A DNA stretch of 39,538 nucleotides, from NCBI GenBank assembly GCA_027031685.1, contig JALVPS010000223.1, positions 1 to 39,538 of the forward strand. The letters are read 5' to 3'. A model generated the notes under the pieces. That model was not told the DNA's origin and ran no database searches. It saw only the letters and a list, made by a program, of their open reading frames with translations. The translations under genes and the position numbers were made by a program. The stretch is from Gammaproteobacteria bacterium (GTDB taxonomy: Bacteria; Pseudomonadota; Gammaproteobacteria; UWMA-0217). Shown here piece by piece: positions 33,201 to 39,519 of the stretch (position 1 is its first letter; each line of letters begins with the position of its first letter).

Positions 33201-35302
33201 GGGCGGATGCGCGCGCCGACGCCGTGCACCCCCTGCCGGCCCTCACGCAGCGCCACGGCCTGGCGGGGCAGGGCGCGGCGAGCACGCCCGAGGCCGCCGC
33301 CGGGGCGCTGGTGCAGACCCACGTGCCCGCCCCGCACGCCCTGCGCGTGACCCCCGAGGCCACGGGCGGCGCACTGGTACAGTCCCACGCCCTGGCGGGC
33401 GGTGCGCTGGCCGCCGGCCTCACCGTGGCCGATGGCGCACTGGCCCTGCGCCACCTGCTGGCCGGCGTGTGGGCCGCGCTGGATGCCGCAGCCGGGCAGG
33501 GCGGGCTCACCCAGCGGCACGCCCTGGCCGGCCTATCCGTGATCTTCGAGACAGAGATCCCGGGCAGCCGCATCCATATCGGCTATCCCCTCAAGTCCGA
33601 CGGCTGGCAGGTGGACACCGCCGCCGACACGGGCCCGCTGGCGCCCGTGCACGCCCTGGCCGCCCAGGCCGTGGCCGCCACCGTCGAGGCGGCCGGCGGG
33701 GCGCTGGTGCAGCACCACGGCCTGCAGGGCCTCCCCGCCGCGGCAGACAACGGCGTCGGCACCGGGGCCCTCGTCCAGACCCACCCGCTGGCCGCCACCG
33801 GCGCCACCGCCGAGGGCCTGGCCGACGCCGGCCCCGTCACCCCCGTGCACGCCCTGGCCGGGGCCGCCGCCAGCGCCGGGACCGCGGCCGATGCCGGGCC
33901 GCTCGGCCAGCGCCACCACCCCGCCGCCCCCGGCGCCGCCGCGGACGCCCTGGCCGATGCCGGCCCGCTGGGCCAGCGCCACGCCCTGCAGCCGGCCCCG
34001 GCCGGGGTGGACCTGCGCCCGGACACCGGCGCCCTCAGCGCCCTGCACCGCCTGCAGGGGGCGGACGCCGCCAGCGCCACCGTCCTGCCGCGCCCGGCGC
34101 TCATCCAGCGGCACGGCCTGGCCGGCACCGGCGCGACGGCGGACACCGCGGCCGCCACCGGCCCCCTCGATCAGCGCCATGCCATCGCCCTCGCCGCCGC
34201 CACCAGCGACACCACGGCCGACGCCGCCCCCGTGGGCCAGCGCCACCGGCTCACCGCCATCGGCGGCAACACCGACCTGCGCGCCGACACCGCCCACCTG
34301 GGCCAGCACCACCGCCTGACCGGGCAGGACGCCGCCGCGCCCCTCATTGCCGTGGCCGACCGCCTGCGCCAGCACCACCCGCTGGCCGGTCTCGATGCCG
34401 CCGTGGACAGCGCCGCCGACGCTGGCGCCCTGACCCCCGAGCATCGCCTGGCCGCCCCCGGCGCCAGCGTGGACAGCACCGCACCGGCCGCCGCCCTCGT
34501 CCAGACTCACCCGCTGGCGGCGGCGGGCGCCACGGTCGAGGCCATCGCCGACGCGGCCCCCCTCGTGCAGCGCCACGCCCTGCGGGACGACGGCCTGACG
34601 GTGGATGCCCCCGCCGCCGCCGGTGCCGCCATCCAGCGCCACGAACTGGCCGGCGCGCCGTCGGTCACCGACCTGGCCGCCGATGCCGTTGCCCTCGTCC
34701 AGCGCCACGATCTGGCCGCCCCGGCCGCCGACACCGCCCTGCAGGCCGCCGCCGGTGCCCTCGTCCAGCACCACCCCCTGGCCGCCGCCGGGGCAGAGGC
34801 AGACAGCGCCGCCGCCACCGGCGCCCTGGTGCAACACCAGGTGCTGGCTGCCGCCGCCGTCGAGACGCGCCTGCAGGCCGCCGCCGGCCCCGTCACGCCG
34901 CGCCACCTGCTGGGCGGCGCGCCGGTCGCCACCGGGCTGGCCGCCGGCCTCGGCCCCCTCGTGCAGCACCAGATGCTGGCCGGCGCGGAGGCCGCCAGCG
35001 AGGCCGTCGCCACCGCCGCCCGCCTCGTCCAGCGCCACCTCGCGGACGGGCAGGGCGCCGTCATCGAGGCCGCCATGCCCGGCCTGCCCATCGCCCAGCG
35101 GCAGACCCTGGCCGCCCCCGGCGCGCAGGCCGACACGGCCGCCGCCACGGGCGCCCTGGTGCAGGACCATCACCTGGTAGATGCCGGGCTGGAAGTCGCC
35201 CTGGAAGTGAGCATCATCGGCTTCGAGCTCAACACCGACGTGCTCAGCGTGGAAGTCGTCACCGCCCGCAAATGGGTGGTGCCGGACCGGCGGCGGGGGT
35301 GA
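30227..35302 (+). CDS. giant tail fibre-like protein: LamG-like lectin domain, about 50 Q-x-H-x-L-A repeats, central globular domain
   Basis: N-terminus WQFDEGSG..WHHVAVTYDGSTAKLYVDGD..LDDLRIYDHALSQSEIQGL (Laminin_G_3 pattern), then a 21-22-aa periodic repeat. Confidence 0.75.
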   Translation: MALIARWQFDEGSGTTAAGSAGSEPACSLIGSVGWTAGKFGQAIHVPQDSGARGEVAQWTGFQSAQTTFSYAAWVKMDTWTGSPILAVVSVPYAAGDWRRAFQIRVAHWDGTIMVTLYDGSSHQIFGGKAINDGQWHHVAVTYDGSTAKLYVDGDPDGSMALSGFSAPYTGEAIQVAGDRNGASDSLAGALDDLRIYDHALSQSEIQGLLNPVTVLAGADATLGLDATAGAVAVRHQLAAVSAAADTTAGVGGLGQRHELAGPSAAADLTATSGALVQRQRLAGAGATGDTGATTGLLQQLQRLAAAAAVASALTMPAAALTQRHGLADGAPIVPTAASVAGLGQRHELVGLAAAAATEAPGAALTQRHALGGAGVVVDGAANGGALGQRHGLVGCDVLVYSNADSQVWPLTIDGQTSGAQLGYRWIIGDLIEVPDISRSYRLSALLRQRTAPGADPDSDPRHYAGFSCYDADVKSIFPRNFYIPNPATMTRLAQPLDYGDTEIVLESTAGWSTDMHFFFAAYGYTDGQGRTYPDWYYTRDLFYLFNRASIDGNRLVLSKPWLGPRKPAGTAVANTRNASTYNYVLRAYKTLPSDWRRYEALIKGEQPSVHGVYFINFRPATRFVSPVLGVNYWGPHTIVEWDGWELASDGPLAQRHGLAAPYATLDTAADPGPLAQSHALAAPGAVADLQADAGAIPVQTHVLAPAGVSAPLLADGGALGQRHGLAALFAVLTVAADGGGVTPTHALVGGPLTLSLDADTGALRQHQRLAGENATIGLYPWREGLGQTHVLAPAALAADGAADGGPLGQPLPLAGVGGELATAADAGPARQDHALAATGPTVEATATADGLGQRHAFAGAGAQAGSDATAGPLGQRHALQDGGAVTTPQATTGAVLPTHVLAPWPMVVETGSLNPELIEHHLLAALPAETATVVPGLRLTQRHPLAGAGAELPLQADSAPLSQRQRLAASPAVVDTAADGGALGQAHRLAGADARADAVHPLPALTQRHGLAGQGAASTPEAAAGALVQTHVPAPHALRVTPEATGGALVQSHALAGGALAAGLTVADGALALRHLLAGVWAALDAAAGQGGLTQRHALAGLSVIFETEIPGSRIHIGYPLKSDGWQVDTAADTGPLAPVHALAAQAVAATVEAAGGALVQHHGLQGLPAAADNGVGTGALVQTHPLAATGATAEGLADAGPVTPVHALAGAAASAGTAADAGPLGQRHHPAAPGAAADALADAGPLGQRHALQPAPAGVDLRPDTGALSALHRLQGADAASATVLPRPALIQRHGLAGTGATADTAAATGPLDQRHAIALAAATSDTTADAAPVGQRHRLTAIGGNTDLRADTAHLGQHHRLTGQDAAAPLIAVADRLRQHHPLAGLDAAVDSAADAGALTPEHRLAAPGASVDSTAPAAALVQTHPLAAAGATVEAIADAAPLVQRHALRDDGLTVDAPAAAGAAIQRHELAGAPSVTDLAADAVALVQRHDLAAPAADTALQAAAGALVQHHPLAAAGAEADSAAATGALVQHQVLAAAAVETRLQAAAGPVTPRHLLGGAPVATGLAAGLGPLVQHQMLAGAEAASEAVATAARLVQRHLADGQGAVIEAAMPGLPIAQRQTLAAPGAQADTAAATGALVQDHHLVDAGLEVALEVSIIGFELNTDVLSVEVVTARKWVVPDRRRG

Positions 35303-35328
35303 CATTTGTCACCTGTAAAATGTCACCT
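35297..35328 (+). repeat. 32-nt element GGGTGACATTTGTCACCTGTAAAATGTCACCT, copy 2
   Basis: Identical to 14865-14896. Contains the fibre gene stop (35300-35302). Confidence 0.95.
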
Positions 35329-35384
35329 GCGCCGCCCGATCATCGGGTCTCCAGACTACCGACCGCCCCTTGGAGACCCGACCC

Positions 35385-35768
35385 ATGGCAAAGGCATACA
35401 ACGCAGTCGTCTACGACAACGGCCTGAACTACTTCAAGAACAACTGTGACAAGATCATCGTCACCGACGGCGTGCCCAACATCAACGACTACGCCGCCAC
35501 CGTCGGCATGAAGGCCGCCGAGGCCGACGTGACCCCGGCCACCTTCACCATCGCCGCCAACGGCGCCGGCCGCAAGATCAGCCACGGCGCGGTGGACGGC
35601 ACCGTCACCGCCTCCACCAGCGGCAACAACGACCTGCACATCGCCTACCTCGACACCACCAACAGCACCGTGCTGGCCATCACCGACGAGACCACCAACC
35701 AGCCGCTCACGGCCGGCAACCCCGTCACCTTCCCGCCCATCGAGTACAAGTTCAACGCGCCCGTCTAG
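35385..35768 (+). CDS. hypothetical late protein (127 aa)
   Basis: ATG 35385 lies 9 nt after GGAG; coding-like composition. Confidence 0.6.
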   Translation: MAKAYNAVVYDNGLNYFKNNCDKIIVTDGVPNINDYAATVGMKAAEADVTPATFTIAANGAGRKISHGAVDGTVTASTSGNNDLHIAYLDTTNSTVLAITDETTNQPLTAGNPVTFPPIEYKFNAPV

Positions 35769-35818
35769 TTCTCCCGCCAATAGTCGGCGGGAGTGGATTG
35801 AAACAACGCGCCCGTCTA
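35753..35818. repeat. 15-nt perfect direct repeat CAACGCGCCCGTCTA flanking the CRISPR-like unit
   Basis: Copies at 35753-35767 and 35804-35818. Both encode NAPV plus the start of a stop codon. Confidence 0.9.
35768..35804 (+). CRISPR. solitary CRISPR-repeat-like unit, type I-C-like (no array, no cas)
   Basis: GTTCTCCCGCCAATAGTCGGCGGGAGTGGATTGAAAC: an 8-bp stem, a 7-nt loop and the tail TGGATTGAAAC, as in canonical I-C repeats (recalled from memory). Confidence 0.5.
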
Positions 35819-35901
35819 AGGCGCCCAGGCCCCCGCCCACCCGGGCGGGGCCGTCCCGCCCGGTAGCGGCATCAGACCCGACACGAGGGGATTGAGACAC
35901 C

Positions 35902-36237
35902 ATGCTGCGCGACACCGAGATCTACTACCTGGGCCGGGACGACGTACTCGAATGGCGCCTGCACGGCGAGGCCGGCCCCTTCCCCGAATCCTTCTACCAG
36001 GGCATCACCCGCTGCGTCCTGCACATCGGCGATGCCGCCACCCTCGACAGCCGCGACAACCCCCTGGCCATCACCTGGGGCACCGGCAACAGCCTCCAGC
36101 TCCGCCTCAAGCACGCCAAGAACCTCACCCCCGGCCGCCACCAGGCCCGCCTCATCGTCTACACCTGGGCCGAGCCAGACGGGCTGGAAGACTGGCGGCA
36201 ACTGCCGTGGATCGTCGTGCGGGAGTCGGGGGAGTAG
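35902..36237 (+). CDS. hypothetical protein (111 aa)
   Basis: ATG 35902 after GAGGGGA. Confidence 0.6.
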   Translation: MLRDTEIYYLGRDDVLEWRLHGEAGPFPESFYQGITRCVLHIGDAATLDSRDNPLAITWGTGNSLQLRLKHAKNLTPGRHQARLIVYTWAEPDGLEDWRQLPWIVVRESGE

Positions 36238-36243
36238 GGAGGG

Positions 36244-36286
36244 CACAAAAAACCCCCGCGACGCGGGCAACGTCCGGGGGCCGTGG
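36244..36286 (-). terminator. GC hairpin with T-run on the - strand, copy B
   Basis: AAAAAA-CCCCCG-c-GACG-CGGGCAA-CGTC-CGGGGG. On the - strand it reads as hairpin + TTTTTT. Confidence 0.5.
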
Positions 36287-36314
36287 CAACCACCAACGCA
36301 CTCTTGGTGATCAC

Positions 36315-36452
36315 GTGAAGAAGTATAGCAAGGCATTGAAAGAATTGAGGCGACTCCTAGAACACATGCCCGCCTGGCGTTTCATCCTGCTCCTGCTGCC
36401 GCCCATCCTGTGGGCCGCGGCACAGCTCATCCGCGCCGTGCGCTGGTGGTGA
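36315..36452 (+). CDS. small membrane peptide, KYSKAL family (45 aa)
   Basis: GTG 36315; VKKYSKALKELRRLLEHMPAWRFILLLLPPILWAAAQLIRAVRWW. Confidence 0.5.
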   Translation: MKKYSKALKELRRLLEHMPAWRFILLLLPPILWAAAQLIRAVRWW

Positions 36453-36460
36453 CGGGCTGA

Positions 36461-36501
36461 ACAAAAAACCCCCGCGACGGGGCAACGTCCGGGGGCCGTG
36501 G
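36461..36501 (-). terminator. GC hairpin with T-run on the - strand, copy C (near-identical to copy B)
   Basis: ACAAAAAACCCCCGCGACGGGGCAACGTCCGGGGGCCGTGG. Confidence 0.5.
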
Positions 36502-36528
36502 TCGATCACTGGACAGGGCAGTGATTAC

Positions 36529-36675
36529 ATGGTTGATCTTAAGCATGTGACGAGCATCCTGCAAATGCTCCACGAATCCAAACCGCTCCGCCGGCTCGCC
36601 TGGGGCCTGCTGACCGTGCTCGTCTACTGGCGCCTGCCCGAACTGCTGCGCGCCGTGGCGGAGATCGTCAGGTGA
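36529..36675 (+). CDS. small membrane peptide, WRLPE family (48 aa)
   Basis: MVDLKHVTSILQMLHESKPLRRLAWGLLTVLVYWRLPELLRAVAEIVR. Confidence 0.45.
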   Translation: MVDLKHVTSILQMLHESKPLRRLAWGLLTVLVYWRLPELLRAVAEIVR

Positions 36676-36685
36676 GGAGGCGCCC

Positions 36686-37771
36686 CTACGCCGCCGCCTT
36701 CCCGTGCGACTCCCCGCACAGCGGGCAGGGCAGCCCCTGAACCACCAGCGCCTCGCGCAACCAGTCCGGCCGCTCCGGCAGCCGCCCCTTCATCTCCTTG
36801 CGCCACCTGCGTGCCACCGCCGGCGTCCACGGCAGACCCGCGCCGATCACCTCCCGGTTGATGAACTCCCGCAGCTCCGCGCGGAAGGCCAGGAAATTGG
36901 AGAGATCCTCCCTGATCCGCTCCAGCTCCTCCTCGATCACCGGCAGGTGCGCCGTCGTCAGCTCCGCCAGCGAGCGCACCCGGCACAGCACCCGCAGCCG
37001 GTTCGCCACGTGCTCGCGCGCCCCGCCCTGGCTGCCCAGCCCGGCCACCGCCGCCGCCATCGCGTGCGCCAGCTCCTCCCGCTGCCGGAACGAAAGCGGC
37101 TCGCCACCGGCCGCCTCCGGCGCGGGCGCCGCCACGGACCGCCCGCCCTCGCCGGCCGGGATGTACTCCCCCTCCAGCACCACCTTCTCCAGCAGCTCCC
37201 CGGCCACCGCCATCGCCTGCGGAATCTGATCCGGCGTCAGCTGCTCCAGACTCTCGATACCCAGGCGCAGATTCACAATCGCATGCGCCTCGTCGTAGCC
37301 CAGCTTGCGCCCACGCGCCTCGGCCACCTTCACCACCCGGCGGATGGCCTTCACCAGCGGCTCGCGCTGCGCCTTCGTGGCGTGGGGGAGGGGCTTGGGG
37401 GGTTCCTCCGGCTGGGCTTTCTTCACCACCTGGCCGTTCCAGTAGCGCCAGAGCACCTCATCGCACTCGTCCTGGTAGCGCTCCAGCTTCTCGCGCACCT
37501 CCGGCTTGACCTTGGCCGGACTGATGGACATGAGCCAGCCGGGGAGCTTGCGCAGGGGGAGGCAGAGCATCTCGCGTTTCTTGCCGTCCTGGGCAACCGT
37601 TGGCATAAGCCAACACTTCCAACGAGGCTCCTTGAGCTTGGTGGATTGTCGTCCCCAGTCTATGCCCAGCGCGTCGCAGATCGGCCGGGCCGGGGTGTAA
37701 GGCTCGTGGTTGTGCTCGACGAGATAGAGGGTGTCGTCGTGGAAGGTGACGGGGATAAGGGATTGGTTCAT
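36686..37771 (-). CDS. phage antirepressor (P22 Ant N-terminal domain type)
   Basis: ATG 37771 after AGGAGA. LIPVTFHDDTLYLV..PICDALGIDW..LCLPLRKLPGWLMSISPAKV. Confidence 0.75.
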   Translation of the reverse strand: MNQSLIPVTFHDDTLYLVEHNHEPYTPARPICDALGIDWGRQSTKLKEPRWKCWLMPTVAQDGKKREMLCLPLRKLPGWLMSISPAKVKPEVREKLERYQDECDEVLWRYWNGQVVKKAQPEEPPKPLPHATKAQREPLVKAIRRVVKVAEARGRKLGYDEAHAIVNLRLGIESLEQLTPDQIPQAMAVAGELLEKVVLEGEYIPAGEGGRSVAAPAPEAAGGEPLSFRQREELAHAMAAAVAGLGSQGGAREHVANRLRVLCRVRSLAELTTAHLPVIEEELERIREDLSNFLAFRAELREFINREVIGAGLPWTPAVARRWRKEMKGRLPERPDWLREALVVQGLPCPLCGESHGKAAA

Positions 37772-37912
37772 GTCGGTTCTCCTGGCTTGAGGTTCGAGAA
37801 CCGCCACGCCTTTCCTGCCAGCAAAAGGGTGGCGGAGTGCGCGGGTTGGCAGACCGGGCCAGGGACCGGCGGGCCTTGCGGCCCCCCACGCACCCCACCA
37901 TTAAACGGGCAC

Positions 37913-37937
37913 GAAAAAACGCGCTCGAATGGCGCGT
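37913..37937 (-). terminator. hairpin + T-run on the - strand, upstream of the antirepressor gene
   Basis: AAAAAACGCGC-TCGAATG-GCGCGT on the + strand. Confidence 0.4.
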
Positions 37938-38031
37938 GGTGCGCCTGGACTTCGGGCTGCCAAACCCGGTCACCGATGTGCGGTGACGGGGTGAGCGTAG
38001 ACCCGGGGGCGCGTGGTGTCAACGGAAATGC

Positions 38032-38071
38032 AACACTTCTGTTTGACAGTTAAACACTTCTGTTGTATCTT
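38032..38071 (+). promoter_or_regulatory. hicAB promoter (TTGACA-18 nt-TATCTT) overlapped by two AACACTTCTGTT direct repeats
   Basis: Repeats at 38032-38043 and 38053-38064 (21-nt phasing). -35 at 38042-38047 and -10 at 38066-38071. The hicA ATG is at 38078. Confidence 0.45.
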
Positions 38072-38077
38072 TTGCCC

Positions 38078-38257
38078 ATGAATTCGAAGCAGTTCAAACG
38101 CTGGCTGGAGAAACAAGGGGCCACCTTCGAGCAGGGCAAGGGCTCGCATCTCAAGGTGTACCTGAACGGCCGGCAGTCTGTGCTGCCGATGCACGGCAAG
38201 CAGGAACTGGGCAAAGGGCTGGTAGCGGCCATCAAGCGCCAGCTCGGACTGAAATGA
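38078..38257 (+). CDS. hicA: HicA mRNA interferase toxin
   Basis: MNSKQFKRWLEKQGATFEQGKGSHLKVYLNGRQSVLPMHGKQELGKGLVAAIKRQLGL. Confidence 0.85.
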   Translation: MNSKQFKRWLEKQGATFEQGKGSHLKVYLNGRQSVLPMHGKQELGKGLVAAIKRQLGLK

Positions 38258-38266
38258 GGTGGAACG

Positions 38267-38683
38267 ATGGACTTTGAATATCCTGTTGAACTGACCCGTG
38301 ACGGGGACACCTGGCTGGTGACCTTTCCCGATGTGCCGGAGGCCATCACCTTTGGCGCGGACAAGGACGAGGCGCTGCTGCAGGCCAAGGACGCGCTGGC
38401 GACGGCATTGTCGATGTACGTGGACAGCCGGCGCGACCTGCCTGAACCGAGCCCGGCGAAGGGCAGGCCGACGGTACGGCCCGACGCACTGGACTGCGCA
38501 AAGCTGGGCATCTACGCGGCCATGCGCGAACAGGGGCTGCGCAAGGCCGACCTGGCGCGGCTGCTGAACTGGCACATGCCGCAGGTAGATCGCCTGCTGG
38601 ATCTCAATCATGCCTCGCGTCTCTCGCAAATCGAGCAGGCTGCTGCCGCGTTGGGCAAGCATGTGGAGTTGCGGGTGGCATAG
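38267..38683 (+). CDS. hicB: HicB antitoxin with a C-terminal HTH
   Basis: YPVELTRDGDTWLVTFPDVPEAITFGADKDEALLQAKDAL plus an HTH-like C-terminus (KADLARLLNWHMPQVDRLLD). Confidence 0.85.
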   Translation: MDFEYPVELTRDGDTWLVTFPDVPEAITFGADKDEALLQAKDALATALSMYVDSRRDLPEPSPAKGRPTVRPDALDCAKLGIYAAMREQGLRKADLARLLNWHMPQVDRLLDLNHASRLSQIEQAAAALGKHVELRVA

Positions 38684-38705
38684 CCCCGTGAGGCGCTGGA
38701 AGATG

Positions 38706-38924
38706 TCATGTCTCGCCCTTTTGCAGCACATCCCAGGCGCCCTCGCGGATGATGCCCCGAATCTGCTCCAGGGCGTCCCGGGCCGCCTCCGGATCGCGGC
38801 GGTGATACAGCATCGCCAGCCCGGCGAACAGGCCGCGCAGCGCCTCCGGATCGTCGATCTCCTGCACCACCTGCGCGGCGGTGAGCCCGTTCTCGATGTC
38901 CTGGTCTGTCAGGCAAAAACCCAT
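38706..38924 (-). CDS. small acidic hypothetical protein (72 aa)
   Basis: ATG 38924 with GAGG about 9 nt upstream. The longer GTG start is at 38933. Confidence 0.4.
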   Translation of the reverse strand: MGFCLTDQDIENGLTAAQVVQEIDDPEALRGLFAGLAMLYHRRDPEAARDALEQIRGIIREGAWDVLQKGET

Positions 38925-38938
38925 GAGAGGCACCTCTG

Positions 38939-39259
38939 ATGCTGGACAGTGTTGCTGCCATCAAATCGCTGGTCGATACCAGCAAATCGCTCATCGAACT
39001 GTTCCGCACGCTGGCCGAACGCTGCAAGGACCCGGCCCTGCGCGACGAAGTGGAACAGGCCCTGGCCGACGCCGAGACACGCATGAAACTGGCCCAGGCG
39101 GAATCCGCCAAAAACCTCGGCTTCACCCTGTGCGAATGCACCTGGCCGCCGAACATCATGCTCTACAAGCGAGACCTGAACGCCGTCGTCTGCCCCCAAT
39201 GCGGCCACAGACGCAGCAAGATCAAGGCCGCGGGAAGCAACCGCAGACGTATTCCCTAA
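38939..39259 (+). CDS. coiled-coil + C-terminal zinc-ribbon hypothetical protein (106 aa)
   Basis: CEC..(18 aa)..CPQC motif. Divergent from 38706..38924. Confidence 0.5.
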   Translation: MLDSVAAIKSLVDTSKSLIELFRTLAERCKDPALRDEVEQALADAETRMKLAQAESAKNLGFTLCECTWPPNIMLYKRDLNAVVCPQCGHRRSKIKAAGSNRRRIP

Positions 39260-39282
39260 CCGCATACGCACCCCCTCTGAGC

Positions 39283-39519
39283 TGTGACATAACCGCTTCG
39301 ATGCCCTAGAAAAAACAATCACTTGCAAAGCATCTGCCGCGCCGCGAATGTCACATTCAGACCCAAAAAACTAGCCTGAAATCAAAGCGATACGGCACAT
39401 CGGCCAACCCTCTACGAACCAGGTGGTCGGAGGTTCGAATCCTTCCGGGCGCGCCATTTTTCAATCACTTACGTGCGTTCTTCTGGCCCCCTTGTGACAT
39501 AAATCGCCTGCTGTGACAT
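39283..39519. repeat. four TGTGACAT motifs flanking the tRNA fragment on both sides
   Basis: 39283-39290 (+), 39348-39355 (-), 39493-39500 (+), 39512-39519 (+). Two share GTGACATAA and two share ACATTCAG. CAATCACTT also occurs twice (39316 and 39461). Confidence 0.7.
39412..39456 (+). other. 3' half of tRNA-Arg(ACG), from the anticodon loop to CCA; probable att core, not an intact tRNA
   Basis: CTACGAACCAGGTGGTCGGAGGTTCGAATCCTTCCGGGCGCGCCA closely matches the 3' half of enterobacterial tRNA-Arg-ACG. No complementary 5' acceptor strand, D-arm or 5' anticodon stem is present upstream. Confidence 0.7.

Larger units (their letters stand above)
2150..39456. mobile_element. temperate siphovirus-type phage / prophage genome segment (left boundary not defined inside window)
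   Basis: Contiguous immunity, replication, packaging, head, lysis, tail and accessory modules, ending at a tRNA-Arg 3' half typical of an att core. No integrase is seen, so the left end is uncertain. Confidence 0.8.

Noticed and set aside
30850-35180. Diversity-generating retroelement or phase-variable target in the fibre repeats
   Set aside because: There is no reverse transcriptase, no template/variable repeat pair with adenine-specific differences, and no invertase or inverted recombination sites in the window. The repeats are diverged, not near-identical.
32149-35427. 1092-aa + strand ORF in an alternative frame of the fibre gene. The same applies to 10390..12126 (+), 8727..10064 upstream part, 9587..10060 and 16195..17454 (+).
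   Set aside because: These are Arg/Pro/Gly-rich off-frame translations typical of high-GC DNA. The in-frame alternatives carry the real domain motifs.
35862-35898. Second CRISPR repeat that would make a two-repeat mini-array
   Set aside because: Only the last 14 nt or so (GAGGGGATTGAGAC) resemble the repeat tail. The stem-loop half does not match, the implied spacer would be 54 nt, and the bases double as the SD of the next gene. It is kept only as a caveat in the finding.
39381-39456. Intact tRNA-Arg gene
   Set aside because: There is no 5' acceptor strand complementary to CGGGCGC, no D-arm, and the 5' anticodon-stem bases do not pair with CCAGG. Only the 3' half is present.
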